A stretch of 51,541 bases of DNA from Octopus sinensis (GCF_006345805.1 NW_021829596.1:1-51541), one strand, 5' to 3'; shown: positions 12,747 through 24,992, counted from the first letter of the stretch. Program-made: numbers and translations. The notes: a model not told the origin generated them from the sequence alone.

Positions 12747-13105
12747 ATCTGTGTATGTGTGTGTGTGCGTCTGTGGGGATGAGTGAGTTTTGGTTGAAGC
12801 TTTGGTTTTGGTCTTGGGATATCGTGTTCCAGTGCATAAGCAAGAAATTACTACACGGACAAGTAATCAAGTTTTGGCTAATAATAACTTTGCTTTCTCG
12901 TTAATCCTGTCACACCACGCAATGACGTAGATCAACGACTTACAACAACGTAACGAATAACGCTGTGTCAGCATGGTTTAGAGGATCTGACGACGGACTA
13001 AGTATATTTTTAGACTTAGTTCGAATGGGAGGGCGACGGTACTCAAAATCTTTCAGAGCCCTCTTGACAAGGAAAATTGATGCGTCCGATGCTCAACCTG
13101 AGTAC

Positions 13106-13208
13106 CTGCACTGCAATGTATGTTGAGAAGAGAACACGGCATGGTCGAGTTTTTCGGAAGTTCGCATTGAAACCACGAAACCTCGAGTTTGATCCTGTTA
13201 CTTGGTTT
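13106..13208 (-). CDS. Candidate internal exon (phase 0-1): KPSNRIKLEVSWFQCELPKNSTMPCSLLNIHCSA
   Basis: Acceptor cactcgccacAG, donor GCAG|GTACTC, 103 nt, GC3-rich; phase joins the 12083 exon. Confidence 0.4.
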
Positions 13209-13281
13209 CTGTGGCGAGTGTCTTTTACCATTAACTTGGGTTACCTCCAAGCCGTGTGAGTTAAATTATTTTATTTATTTA

Positions 13282-13567
13282 TACGCCCTTTCCAAGCCTA
13301 GCCAGGCTCATGGGCCCGGTTTCCCGATTTCTGTGGCGTATGTGTTCCCCCCAGATGGACGAGACGCCAGTCCATCGCAGCGTTACTCAAGAAACAGGAA
13401 GAGAGAGTGAGAGAAAGTTGGGGCGAAAGAGTACAACAGGGGTCGCCACTACCCCCTGCCTGAGCCTCGTGGAGCTTTAGGTGTTTTCGCTCAATAAACA
13501 CACACAACGCCCGGTCTGGGAATCGAAACCGCGATCCTCCGACCGCGAGTCCGCTGCCCTAACCACT
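13282..13567 (-). mobile_element. SINE family C, missing its 5' ~15 bp
   Basis: Reverse complement has the GGTTTCGATTCCC B-box and the GATGGACTGGCGTC body; homologous to 13623, 27482, 17961 and 36189. Confidence 0.9.
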
Positions 13568-13622
13568 AAAGTCTATAACTACCTGAAATGATTAATATGT
13601 TCATATACGTGTTTATTATTTA

Positions 13623-13925
13623 TGCGCCCCTTTCAAGCCTAGCCAGGTTCATGGGCCCGGTTTCCCGGTTTCTATGGCGTATGTGTTCCCCCCAGCTGGA
13701 CGGGACGCCAGTCCATCGCAGCATTACTCAAGAAACAGGAAGAAAGAGTGAGAGAAGGTTGGGGCGAAAGAGTACAACAGGGGTCGCCACTACCCCCTGC
13801 CTGAGCCTCGTGGAGCTTTAGGTGTTTTCGCTCAATAAACACACACAACGCCCGGTCTGGGAATCGAAACCGCGATCCTCCGACCGCGAGTCCGCTGCCC
13901 TAACTACTGGGCCATTGCGCCTCCG
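13623..13925 (-). mobile_element. SINE family C, full length
   Basis: Reverse complement begins CGGAGGCGCAATGGCCCAGT (tRNA-like A box). Confidence 0.9.
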
Positions 13926-14724
13926 TGAATTAAATTGGGAAGGTGAAAACTATGCGAAGACCGTCAGTTTTTATATCCGTAACTTTAAGTACCGCTTTTG
14001 TCACACTCTATGTCGCGCTGGTTCTGATTGAGAACTACGTGTAGAAGACTATTATACAAGTCTGTGGAACACTGAAGTGTGTATACAGTAATTCACTGAC
14101 TTGGTCGATTAAAAACACTGAATACTCATCGTCGAAACCGATGGCGATTTATTTACATATGGTAGGAAAACGTAAAAACGAAGGAAATTTAGACCTAGAT
14201 CGAATACAGGAAAAAGTATAAACACTTTACTAAAGGTCCTCAGTGATTAAGTAGTATTGTAGTTATTTGCGTTGTTGGTGTCCTTATTGCTTAACTCCGG
14301 TCATCCGTTATTTATGATCAAAGGTGTTTCAACCTAGTTGTCTCTTTTTAAGGTCATCGAGGATTTCCATTGTTTAATGCATCATCCTCTCCTTTTGAAA
14401 GTGGTGGTGTGTGATTTGTGGATATGTGCTGCTATGAACTGATAGAGCAGGAATCGAAACTGCGTTTTAGATGCTTGCTACAGACTGAACTCTGCCAAAG
14501 ATATCAAAGGTCTGGGTAACGGCGCTTAAATGGGAGCCATGTTGGATATTTCATTGTGGATTATTGGGTTTGTTGCTCGAGGCTCACGCAGTCTTCTTCC
14601 GGGTAGTGATGTTGTTATTCTTTCATTCAAGAGCCACAGATCATTCTATCGATAACAATACTTTGATATCTATTCTATCGATCCCATAACTGACGAAATG
14701 TATATTGTACAAAAAACCACTATG

Positions 14725-14790
<66 letters not shown>

Positions 14791-14793
<3 letters not shown>

Positions 14794-14962
14794 CGCAGGA
14801 GTGGCTGTGTGGTAATTAGCTTGCTTACCAACCACATGGTTCCGGGCCCAGTCCCACTGCGTGGCACTTAGGTCAAATGTCTTCAACTATAACCTTGGGC
14901 CGACCAAAGCCTGTGAGTGGATTTGGTAGACGGAAACTGAAAGAAGCCTTTCGTATATATAT

Positions 14963-15015
<53 letters not shown>

Positions 15016-15041
15016 GTATATATATATATATGTATATATGC

Positions 15042-15072
<31 letters not shown>

Positions 15073-15134
15073 ATATGTATATATATATATAGTATATATA
15101 TATATGCATATATATATATATATGTATATATATG

Positions 15135-15190
<56 letters not shown>

Positions 15191-15390
15191 GTATGTATAT
15201 GTATATGCCTGTGTGTCTGTGTTTGTCCCCCCACCATCGCTTGACAACCGAACTTGGTGTGTTTACGTCCTCGTAACTTAGCGGTTCGGCAAAGAGACCG
15301 ATACTTATTACAAACAATAAGTCCTGGGGTTGATTTGATTGACTAAAGGCGGTGCCTCCAGCATGGCCGCAGTCAAATGATTGAAACAAA
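14791..15390 (+). mobile_element. SINE family A with its internal microsatellite expanded to ~255 bp
   Basis: Head 14791-14952, TA/TATG tract ~14953-15210, tail to 15390. Confidence 0.88.
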
Positions 15391-15405
15391 TATGTATTTA
15401 TATTA

Positions 15406-15458
<53 letters not shown>

Positions 15459-16187
15459 ATATATATATAATTATATATATATATATATTATATATATATA
15501 TATATATATACAGCAGTGGCTTCCAGACTGCTTCCGTATACAGAATACCATTATAAAGTATTTGTCAAATTAAGACTATGGTAAAGTTCTACGCCAAATG
15601 AAGTAACCTTAACGAGGAACTTCAAAAGTATTGAGTTCTCATTTTCCCCCGGTTATAATTTCTTGGTCTGCAACAATCACCCTTGATAAGTGTTACAAAT
15701 ATGTAGAGAAGCACAGTATGTATTGTCGGCTGATTCATTGAAGAATGTCAACAGAATGTGAGACTAAATATTGGGATACTATACAGCACCAATATCGTCT
15801 GATAAATATACAAGATATTTATAGGATATTAAATGAAACGATTATAAATGCACAAACCATGTTATATCATTATCAACTGCCATAACATATTAACTGAAAG
15901 TGTTAAGAAATATTGGGACACTATACAATATCAAAGCCGTCTGCTAAATGCATACGATATTAATAGGATATTATTAACTGGAAGGGTTATAAATATAAGG
16001 ATATTATCCTAGACTATTATCCACTGCTATAGGACACTAACTAAAATGGCTATTGCTATATCGATGTCGGTAACTAATATGAACTGAAAGATAATCACAT
16101 TTCGATTTATCCAACTATTCCGTGGATTATTTTCATAGCTATCAGTTTAGTAGCGGCATTCAATAGAATTCATTTACGTAATTGAAC

Positions 16188-16260
<73 letters not shown>

Positions 16261-16475
16261 CCTTCTTTCTTCACCAGAAGACAATTTTGTTAATGTAAAA
16301 ATAAACGCACAATCACTAGCAAAATGCACATCCACAACATAGAACCACTCATATACACACAAACACAAATACACGTGCGTGCGTGCACACGTATACATAC
16401 ATACATACACACACATACATACATACATACATACATACACACATACATACATACATACATACATACATACATACA

Positions 16476-16507
<32 letters not shown>

Positions 16508-16571
16508 ACAGAACGTATGAGATTATCTTAATAGGATTTTCATGTAATCTCCTTTATTGAATGAAACATAC

Positions 16572-16581
16572 GACGTAGTTT
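16572..16581 (-). CDS. Candidate 10-nt micro-exon (phase 2-0), AAACTACGTC
   Basis: Acceptor gctgctggtctttgcAG and donor C|GTATGT; phases bridge the 18730 and 13208 candidates. Speculative. Confidence 0.25.
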
Positions 16582-16842
16582 CTGCAAAGACCAGCAGCAC
16601 GGCAGCACATCCAAAAGTGATGTTTAAACTACAATCGGTAACTGATACGAGGGTATTCACCAAAAGTGGTATTTGAGGAGTATGCCACAACAATGATATC
16701 CACAGTAACCTATACTATAGATTACAATAGAGAAATGGTTGAGGTGTAGAGGTAGCAAAAATAATCGAGAATTAGGATGTAGCGACGATTTTTCAGCTTT
16801 TTTAAGAGTGCAGACCAAACATCTGGAAGTGTGAATTTGTAG

Positions 16843-16945
<103 letters not shown>

Positions 16946-17039
16946 CACACACATATATATACACGGAGCGATGAATTTCGCAAAAATGAAAATAACACTA
17001 TCATCTCATTTTAACAGATGTATTTACCAAAATTATATA

Positions 17040-17402
17040 AAAATATCCTGAAATACTAAAGAGTAACTTTATTTAATAAAATCGCCATTGGTTTCTACCA
17101 CGGCCTCCCGACGACTTCGGAATCTCCGGCAACGCTTCTGGATGGTGTCCTTTTTTAAGTTGGTAAATGCTGCCATAATCCTTGCCTTCAGTTCATATTT
17201 GGCGTTACAAGGAGTTTTGTTGGTCTCTCGCTCAACTGCACATCACACATAATAATTAAGGGGATGCCATCTGGGGAGTTAGGTGACCAGATGTTAGGGG
17301 TGATGTGGTCGCAGAAGTTGTCTGACAGTCATAACTGGGTTCTCCTGCTTGTGTGGTATGGTGCAGAGTCCTGTTGCCAGACATAGGGTCTTCCAGAAGC
17401 CA
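17040..17402 (-). mobile_element. Tc1/mariner maT-type (DD37D) transposase 3' remnant
   Basis: Reads GRPYVWQQDSAPYHTSRRTQL*LSDNFCDHITPNIWSPNSPD...AVERETNKTPCN...EAVVETNGDFIK*, with stops and frameshifts. Confidence 0.85.
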
Positions 17403-17440
17403 TGTAGGTAGTTAAGTGGGAAGGTAGGCATATAGGTAGG

Positions 17441-17510
<70 letters not shown>

Positions 17511-17511
<1 letters not shown>

Positions 17512-17742
17512 AGGTGGGTAGCTGGTAGGAACGTTAGGACGCCGGGTGAAACGCTTATCGGTATTTCGTCTGCCGCTACGTTCTGAGTTCAAATTCCGCC
17601 GAAGTCGACTTTGCCTTTCATCCTTTCGGGGTCGATTAAATAAGTACCAGTTACGCACTGGGGTCGATATAATCGACTTAATCCGTTTGTCTGTCGTTGT
17701 TTGTCCTCTCTGTGTTTAGCCCCTTGTGGGTAGTAAAGAAAC
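17511..17742 (+). mobile_element. SINE family B monomer
   Basis: B-box GAGTTCAAATTCC; body CATCCTTTCGGGGTCGAT..AAGTACCAG; tail GTAGTAAAGAAA. Confidence 0.9.
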
Positions 17743-17960
17743 AAGATGGATGGATGGATAGATAGATAGGACAGAAGCAACAACAACAATGACGATCACT
17801 TAGAACAGCACCGAGAGATTCAGAACTCTGAAAATATTGGAGTACAGAACAATAATAACAATAACAACAACGATGATAATGAAGCGTGAACAGCAATAAA
17901 AAAAACGGAGTAGATCATTTACAGCAAAGATAACACAAAAACAGACAACGCCAACAGAAT

Positions 17961-18082
17961 GAAGGCGCAATGGCCTAGTGGTTAGGGCAGCGGACTCGCG
18001 GTCGTAAGAACGCGGTTTCGATTTCCAGACATTGTGAGTGTTTATTAAGCAAAAACACCTAAGCTCCACGAGGCTCCGACGA
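17961..18082 (+). mobile_element. SINE family C, 5' part
   Basis: GAAGGCGCAATGGCCTAGTGGTTAGGGCAGCGGACTCGCGG head. Confidence 0.85.
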
Positions 18083-18729
18083 GCGGGGTCTATCGCGTGT
18101 GGTGGGTGAATCTTCAAGTTGCTGCACGCATTCTTAGTAGCTTAGAGTAGGCTCGAATTAGAGATTATTCTTCGTGGGTAATGGCGTGAGTCCTGACTGG
18201 AAGAAGAAGAAGAAAGAAGAAAACACCAAGGGAGGAGGTGATGGACAGTGAGCAAGTAAAAGAGGTTTGTTCTATATGATGTGAAAACAGAGAGAAGGGG
18301 CGGGCGAGAGATGATTATTATGGCGTCATTGAAGCAAATTTTCCAGCTTTCAACTCTTGGTGTCAGTTCAGTGTTGGCGTGAGTTGTTTAGATTGCACAT
18401 GGATGATATCTGATTGTTGAGGGAATGAAGGGTTGCAAAATAACAAGCAAAATATTTCTCACATAATACCCTATATTGAAAAGAGGATACATTGGATGTG
18501 GTTTGGAGTACACAGAGTGATAAAAAATTGTGTTGCTCACAAATGGAGCTTCCTTCACTATAGATTTGCTCGATCAGGCTTAACTTGAGTAGCTACAGTT
18601 GGTGCGACTTGGCGAACGACTTTGTACCAACCAATGTGGTGGCCTTTCATTAGATGTGCGTTATGATTTATGTTTGTAGTTATAGCACCGTCCTAGGTGT
18701 GGAAGCATAATTCCATTGGGGGGACTCAC

Positions 18730-18764
18730 TTGACGTTTTTAAAGGTTAAGAAAATCATATCAGT
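18730..18764 (-). CDS. Candidate 35-nt exon (phase 0-2): TDMIFLTFKNV(K)
   Basis: Strong acceptor gactttcctcttcAG and consensus donor AA|GTGAGT; only one frame is open. Confidence 0.42.
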
Positions 18765-18798
18765 CTGAAGAGGAAAGTCAGTTTGAAGCGGAAGGTTA

Positions 18799-19105
18799 GT
18801 CTGCTACGTTCTGAGTTCAAATTCCGCCGAGGTCGACTTTGCCTTTCATCATTTCGGGGTCGATTAAATAAGTACCAGTTACGCACTGGGGCCGATATAA
18901 TCGACTTAATCCGTTTGTCTGTCCTTGTTTATCCTCTCTGTGTTTAACCCCTTGTGGGTAGTAAAGAAATAGGTATTTTGTCTGTCTGAGTTCAAATTTC
19001 GCCGAGGTCGACTTTGCTTTTCATCCTTTCGGGGTCGATAAATTAAGTATCAGTTACGTACTGGGTTCAATCTAATCGACTGGTTCCCTCTCTCAAAATC
19101 ATATG
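18799..19105 (+). mobile_element. SINE family B, 5'-truncated dimer
   Basis: Two B-box bodies joined at GTAGTAAAGAAATA|GGTATTT. Confidence 0.85.
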
Positions 19106-19568
19106 ATTAGGAACAGTTCTAATGGCGGGAGGTTTGAATGCTGTGCGGTGCTCATTATTGCGGTGGCATCAGTATATTATGTCGGAGGTTTTTGGAAGTA
19201 TAATGACTGAGGCAATTTAAGTAGTAATACCCATTTTAGAAATTTTTGGAAGTGTTGATAAAGTATGTTACGACAATGTCGCAAGAGTTTCTTCACGCAG
19301 AAGTTGTGTACAAGTGTCATGGAGTTTTCAAATCAAAATGAGCCAAACCAACTGTATAAAGTATCGTGTTGGAGATGACACTGCTTTTCAAACGGTGTTT
19401 AAGAAAATTGATCTGACAGCCAGCATTCGCACGTTTCTCTGATAGCTTGAATTCTCTCACGATGGCAAATTTAGCCAGTCTCAGACGATAAGAATATATT
19501 ATATATTACTTCAAGCAATGCGAAATACAAACATCACACACACACACACACACGCACACGCACACACA

Positions 19569-19602
<34 letters not shown>

Positions 19603-19904
19603 AAATATTTATTTAAATGATATGTAGAGATGCATTAAGAGAAATATTAAATATACATATGGGTAACCGTTTAGCTTAAAGTGCTGATTTTTTCTTCATA
19701 TTTCTATTTAATCTTATTCCAACTCCATTGGTGTTGCTTTCTAAATCACTGTTATATATATATATATCATGGACTCTCCCATCGTTTGCCCAGTTGATTT
19801 TTTTATAGGGATCAAATAATTCTGTTCACTCTCCCTATCAAATCGACATTACCTGTTCAGGTGCGACGTCCTGCATGTCAGATGACAAAATTATCGCAGA
19901 GTGA

Positions 19905-20015
19905 TGTGAAATGAATAACTTTGCTCAAAAACACAACGCAACACCCGGTCTGGGAATCGATATCACGATCTCGCAATCGTGAAAGCAACACCCCAATCCT
20001 CTAGCCACGCGCCTT
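19905..20015 (-). mobile_element. Diverged tRNA-headed SINE 5' fragment (family C-related)
   Basis: Reverse complement has ..TCGATTCCCAGACCGGG, shared with family C. Confidence 0.55.
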
Positions 20016-20161
20016 CAAAGTGTATATAATATATATATATATATATCTATATGGGCACATATATATATGCACATATATATATATAATATAATATATATAT
20101 ATATATGCATATATATATATGCACATATATATATAATATATATATATGCATATATAATATG

Positions 20162-20213
<52 letters not shown>

Positions 20214-20254
20214 GCATATATATATATGCACATATATATATATATATATATGCC

Positions 20255-20301
<47 letters not shown>

Positions 20302-20437
20302 TGTGTGTGTGTGTGGTGTGGTGCGTGTGCGTGTGTTATGTGTGAGTATGTGTTTGTATATGTAATTTGTTTTGTGGGGTTGAAAATGCACCTGAATCTG
20401 AAACAATTGTAGTCGATTTTAAATAAATTTATTCACA

Positions 20438-20477
20438 TACCGAACGGGTTTCGACAGTTTTCTGTTTATCAGTGGTA
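20438..20477 (-). ncRNA. Degenerate hammerhead-like motif
   Basis: Minus strand TACCA-CTGATAA-ACAG(AAAA)CTGT-CGAA-AC(CC)GT-T-CGGTA; G8 is mutated to A and stem I has one mismatch. Confidence 0.4.
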
Positions 20478-20647
20478 CAAATACAAATACAAAAAAGGTT
20501 TTTGAGTGTTTAAAATTAGAAATCAAAAACTGGACAAACCATCAAGTATTCAAATGTTCACAAAAATTTCAATGAGTTTCACAGAGACAGATAGTAATAT
20601 CAATGTAAATGTTCGGCCAAGATCAGAACAAATGTATAATATTCGTT

Positions 20648-20808
20648 TCTACTCTAGGCACAAGCCCGAAATTTCTGGGAAGGAGGCCAGTCGATTAGAT
20701 CGACTTCAGTACGCAATTGGTACTTAATTTATCGACCTCAAAAGGATGAAAGGCAAAGTCGACCTCAGCGGATTTGAACTCACAACGTAGCGACGGGCGA
20801 ATACAACA
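20648..20808 (-). mobile_element. SINE family B (alternative 3' tail), minus strand
   Basis: Reverse complement of the GTTCAAATCC..GAGGTCGACTTTGCCTTTCATCC body. Confidence 0.85.
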
Positions 20809-21077
20809 AATGTACATTATTGATCGTTCAGTTATATTGAGTTTTTCTAAATTCAGATCCAGATGCATTTTCAAATTCCAAAACAGATTCTCCCATATTT
20901 ATTTTATTCCTGCTTGCGAATACACGGATACACTTCTTCTTTCCACACAAATATCATTGCTATTTTGCAAAGGTGTCGTAAGTACGAAACGTTGATTTTT
21001 CAGAAAACGAAAAAATAGTTCCACCATTCCATTTCTTTTTACATTAGCAACAGTTTCAGCTTAACAATAATACTTGG

Positions 21078-21490
21078 AAGGCTGACAGAAACGTTAGCAC
21101 GCCGGGCGAAATGCTTTGTGGTATTTCGTCCGCCGCTGTGTTCTGAGTTCAAATCCCGCCGAGGTCGACTTTACCTTTCATCCTTTCGGGGTCGATAAAT
21201 TAAGTACCAGTGATGCACTGGGGTCGATGTAATCGACTTAATCCGTTTGTCAGTCCTTGTTTGTCCTCTCTGTGTTTAGCCCCTTGTGGGTAGTAAAGAA
21301 ATAAGTATTTCGTCTGCCGCTACGTTCAGAGGTCAAATTCCGCCGAGGTCGACTTTGCCTTTAAACCTTTCGGGGTCGATTAAATAAGTATCAGTTACGC
21401 ACTGGGGTCGATGTAATCGAGTTAATCCCTTTGTTTGTCCTTGTTTGTCCCCTCTATGTTTAACCCCCTTGTGAGCAGTAAAGAAATAAA
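21078..21490 (+). mobile_element. SINE family B dimer
   Basis: One head plus two bodies joined at GTAGTAAAGAAATA|AGTATTTCG. Confidence 0.9.
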
Positions 21491-21588
21491 TATTTAGCCG
21501 CATTTCATCTGTTCTTATGTTCTACGTTCCAGTTTTTAACCTAGTCCTTCTCCCCCAAATCGTGAACCCTCTGAAATTCTTCCCTTAC

Positions 21589-21854
21589 ACATGTCTTTCT
21601 CGGTGGTATTGCTTTGCAAGCGTTCAAGAGGAAAATTAATGGCGTCAATCTCAAGGATCTCGAAGAGCAGACAAAGGCCCTGTGCACTGTTACTTCTTCC
21701 AGATAAATGTCCTCGTTCAGTTCAGTCGCGTGTGAACCCATAACATATACAGAAACCCAACTAAATGCAGTAGGGTGTTTTGTTGGGCGTTTTGTCTGAC
21801 TCACCACTGATACCACCATTTGTTCAATGCTCCAGCATATCTCTCTGTTTACAG
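21589..21854 (-). CDS. Candidate exon (phase 1-0) within the longest non-repeat ORF; alternative donor at 21805
   Basis: ORF 21541-21864 is open for 107 codons; acceptor ggttttAG at 21855; donors GTG|GTGAGT (21805) and TGT|GTAAGG (21589) are both phase 0. Confidence 0.38.
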
Positions 21855-21889
21855 CTAAAACCATTTGTCTGATGCTCTTCTACATTCAC

Positions 21890-21963
21890 CATTCCATCAC
21901 CATTATTATCACGGCGACCACCACCACCACCATAATCACCACCATCATTACCATAGTCATTAC

Positions 21964-22004
<41 letters not shown>

Positions 22005-22185
22005 CCACTATCATCACCACCGACGTCACCAACGACATTGTCACTACACTACCACCATCATCATCACAACCAGCAGCAGTAGCAATAGCACTATTACCAC
22101 ACCACCACCACCACTACCACCAGCACCACTACCATTACCACCACCACCACCACCACCACCACCACACCCACACCCACCCCTCCAT
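21890..22185. repeat. (CAC)/(CAT) compound microsatellite
   Basis: Direct reading. Confidence 0.9.
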
Positions 22186-22827
22186 CATCTCCCACCTTTT
22201 TGGTCCGACGCTCTACTGAATCTGCCAATCCGACACTTTTTTTTTTTCTTTTTTAATGAAGTTATATTTGTGATTGGAATGATTTAAGATCGATATCATA
22301 TCTGCTAGATTTGATGTGTTTAGTAAATCATTTTTGCATTTTGCATCCGGCGATAATTTGTTTAGTCTACAGCGATATCCGATAAACAATTGCAGGAATT
22401 AAAACAAGCAGAGTCGATACGGTTTCATTCTGCTATTGTGTCATTCGTTCAATTCGATTGTTTCTCCGCGCCGATAACATATTATGGACAAAAAGTAAAA
22501 GAAATAAATAAACGTGATAATCTAATGATTAGAAGGCGCAGAGAAAAGAATGGACGCAAAACCAATAAATTAAGCAAAAAGAAAAACACAAAAAAAGATT
22601 TCGTTGTTGCCATGGAAACTACGCTAACGTTTCGATGAATGAAAAATAAAGAAAGCTGTTCATTGACCAATGCCACAGATTAGACTTAATGCCAAAGCAA
22701 AGGTTAGCGATATTGCCTCCTGATTAATGCAAAGTTTTTTTTTTATTCTTTATTATTGCTTTTTTTGTTTTGTTTTGGAAGGAATGAAATACGATGGTGA
22801 TAACACATTATAACAGTAACAACAAAA

Positions 22828-22906
<79 letters not shown>

Positions 22907-23142
22907 TGCTGCGCTGCTGCCGCTACTGCTACTATACTGCTGCTGCTACACTACTACTACTACTACTACTACTGCTACTACTGCTACTACTGCTGCTGCT
23001 GCTACTTCTACTGCTACTACTATTATTACTGCTGCTGCTGCTGCTACTACTACTACGACTACTACTACTACTACTACTGCTGCTGCTGCTGTTGCTGCTA
23101 CTTCTACTGCTATTACTATTACTACTGCTGCTACTTCTACTG

Positions 23143-23173
<31 letters not shown>

Positions 23174-23196
23174 TACTACTATTACTACTACTACTA

Positions 23197-23229
<33 letters not shown>

Positions 23230-23238
23230 TACTACTAT

Positions 23239-23279
<41 letters not shown>

Positions 23280-23298
23280 TAATAATAATAATAATAAT
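22828..23298. repeat. (CTA)/(CTG) compound microsatellite ending in (TAA)n
   Basis: Direct reading; source of the poly-Y/T/L/S ORFs. Confidence 0.95.
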
Positions 23299-23299
23299 G

Positions 23300-24776
23300 C
23301 TTTCTAATCGATGTATCAATACCAACAGACGACAAAGTTTCTCTGAAAGAAATGGAAAAACTTTCAAAATACAAAAACCTGGATAAGCTAGCAGTTGTAA
23401 GACACACCAATATGCATGATAGAAAACTATTTCATAAGCTCTTTAATACACTCCAAAATAGAAAACAAATTAAAATTGAAAACTGTGTAACAAAGGAAAT
23501 TATACAGGAACTAAAACGAGATCTCACTGAATTAAATGAAATTATTCACGCGGCTCCTAAGAAAATTGGAACCAGTTGTATGTCTCTGAAAAAAACAAAG
23601 AAATACAAACCTGGGAAGATTCCAAACTTGAAAAATAAAATTGAAAAAGAGATTGAAATAAGGAGAGGTGAAATATAAATATTGAATGAACTAATCTGTG
23701 AAACACTGTAAAAACAAGAGGAGGAAGAAAGATGAAGAGAAAACATAGATTCTCACCAAGAGAACTACTTTCAGCAAAAGAAACATTGCTGCAAAATGTC
23801 CAAAAATTTCAAAGAAAATTTCAAAATCCTCAAAGAATACGAAGAATTGAGAAGTGGAACAAATTTTACAAACAAAATATGCTGTTCACATCGAATGCGA
23901 AAACATTCTACAGAGAAACAGAGAAGGAGAAAATAACCGTTGAAGAACCCCACCTCTTATGGAAGAAGTTGAAAACTTTTGGAAAAATGTCTGGAGTGAT
24001 GAAAAGGCTTACAATGAAAAGGCAGACTGGATTAGACACACAGAAGGATCCTATCAAAGCATGGGAAGATATCACAATGGTAAACCTAAGGATGACACTC
24101 ACGAAGTTGAAGTCTCCTGGTAATGATAGGGTGTCAAATTTCTGGTTCGCATCGCTCCTGTGCGCACACGAAAAGTTAATCCAGTTATTCAATGAAATTA
24201 TAAGAGATCCTGCGAAAACACCCGATTGGTTAGCAAGAGTTATTACCGACTCCTGAAGAATAATGAAACCAATTCTCCCCCAAAACTATTGGCCCATAAC
24301 ATATCTATCTACCATGTATAAAATTTTAACATCCATCGTCGTAGAGAAAGCATACAAATTTGCGGAACACAACGATGTTTTACCCACTGAACAAAAAGGG
24401 TGCCGACGAGGCTCATATGGATGCAAAGATCAACTCTTAACCAATCGCATGAGCCTTGAGAACTGTCATAACAAACGCAGAAATCTCAGCTCTACACGGA
24501 TAGATTATAAAAAGACCTTCGACAACATACCACATTGATGGATTTTAAAATTGCTGGATATCTTCGAAACTTCTCCTGCGATTTTGAGCATCCTGAAGCA
24601 CAATATGTCAATGTGAAATACGAATCTGACTCTAATGGAATACTGACCACAAAAAATATTAATACCAACTGCGGAATTTTCCAAAGTGGCTCACTTTCAC
24701 CTTTAATTTTCTACATAGCGCTAATACTCATCACAAGTGAACTCAATATAACAGGGTATCGATATAAATACCAGTG
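23300..24776 (+). mobile_element. Decayed R4/Dong-type (RLE clade) non-LTR retrotransposon, N-terminal region and RT domain
   Basis: Broken ORFs contain KSPGNDRV.NFW, NYWPITYLSTMYKILTSI, EQKGCRRGSYGCKDQLL, IDYKKTFDNIPH and GIFQSGSLSPLIF; truncated by (TA)n before the YxDD motif. Confidence 0.85.
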
Positions 24777-24813
24777 AATATATATATATATATTATAATA
24801 TATATATATATAT

Positions 24814-24992
24814 AGGGAGAGTTTATGAAACAAACAAAAGACGAAGATAGGTGGTGTAAAAAACAAACAGATGTATTTATAACGCGAGGAAGGAATAGAA
24901 AGTCTTTTACGTTTCGAGCCTACGCTCTTCTACAGAAAGGGACACAGAAAAAACAAGGAGAGAAAAAAATGTGTGTAGTGGCTAACGATTAT
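24814..24992 (-). mobile_element. Short hammerhead-bearing Penelope-like repeat in (TA)n (copy 1)
   Basis: Homologous to 34375-34563 over ~180 bp. Confidence 0.75.
24904..24939 (-). ncRNA. Minimal type I hammerhead motif (A6 mutated)
   Basis: Minus strand CTTT-CTGTAGA-A-GAGC(GTAG)GCTC-GAA-ACGT-A-AAAG. Confidence 0.6.

Noticed and set aside
12987-13030. CTGACGA followed by a 10-bp hairpin (12994-13003/13014-13023) and GAA
   Set aside because: The hairpin is real, but position 15.1 is T and no stem III ending in UH can be drawn, so it is not called a hammerhead.
13057-13117. Plus-strand exon ALLTRKIDASDAQPEYLHCN (tttcAG..AAT|GTATGT)
   Set aside because: Overlaps the minus-strand candidate exon, which has better codon bias and phase-compatible neighbours; not excluded.
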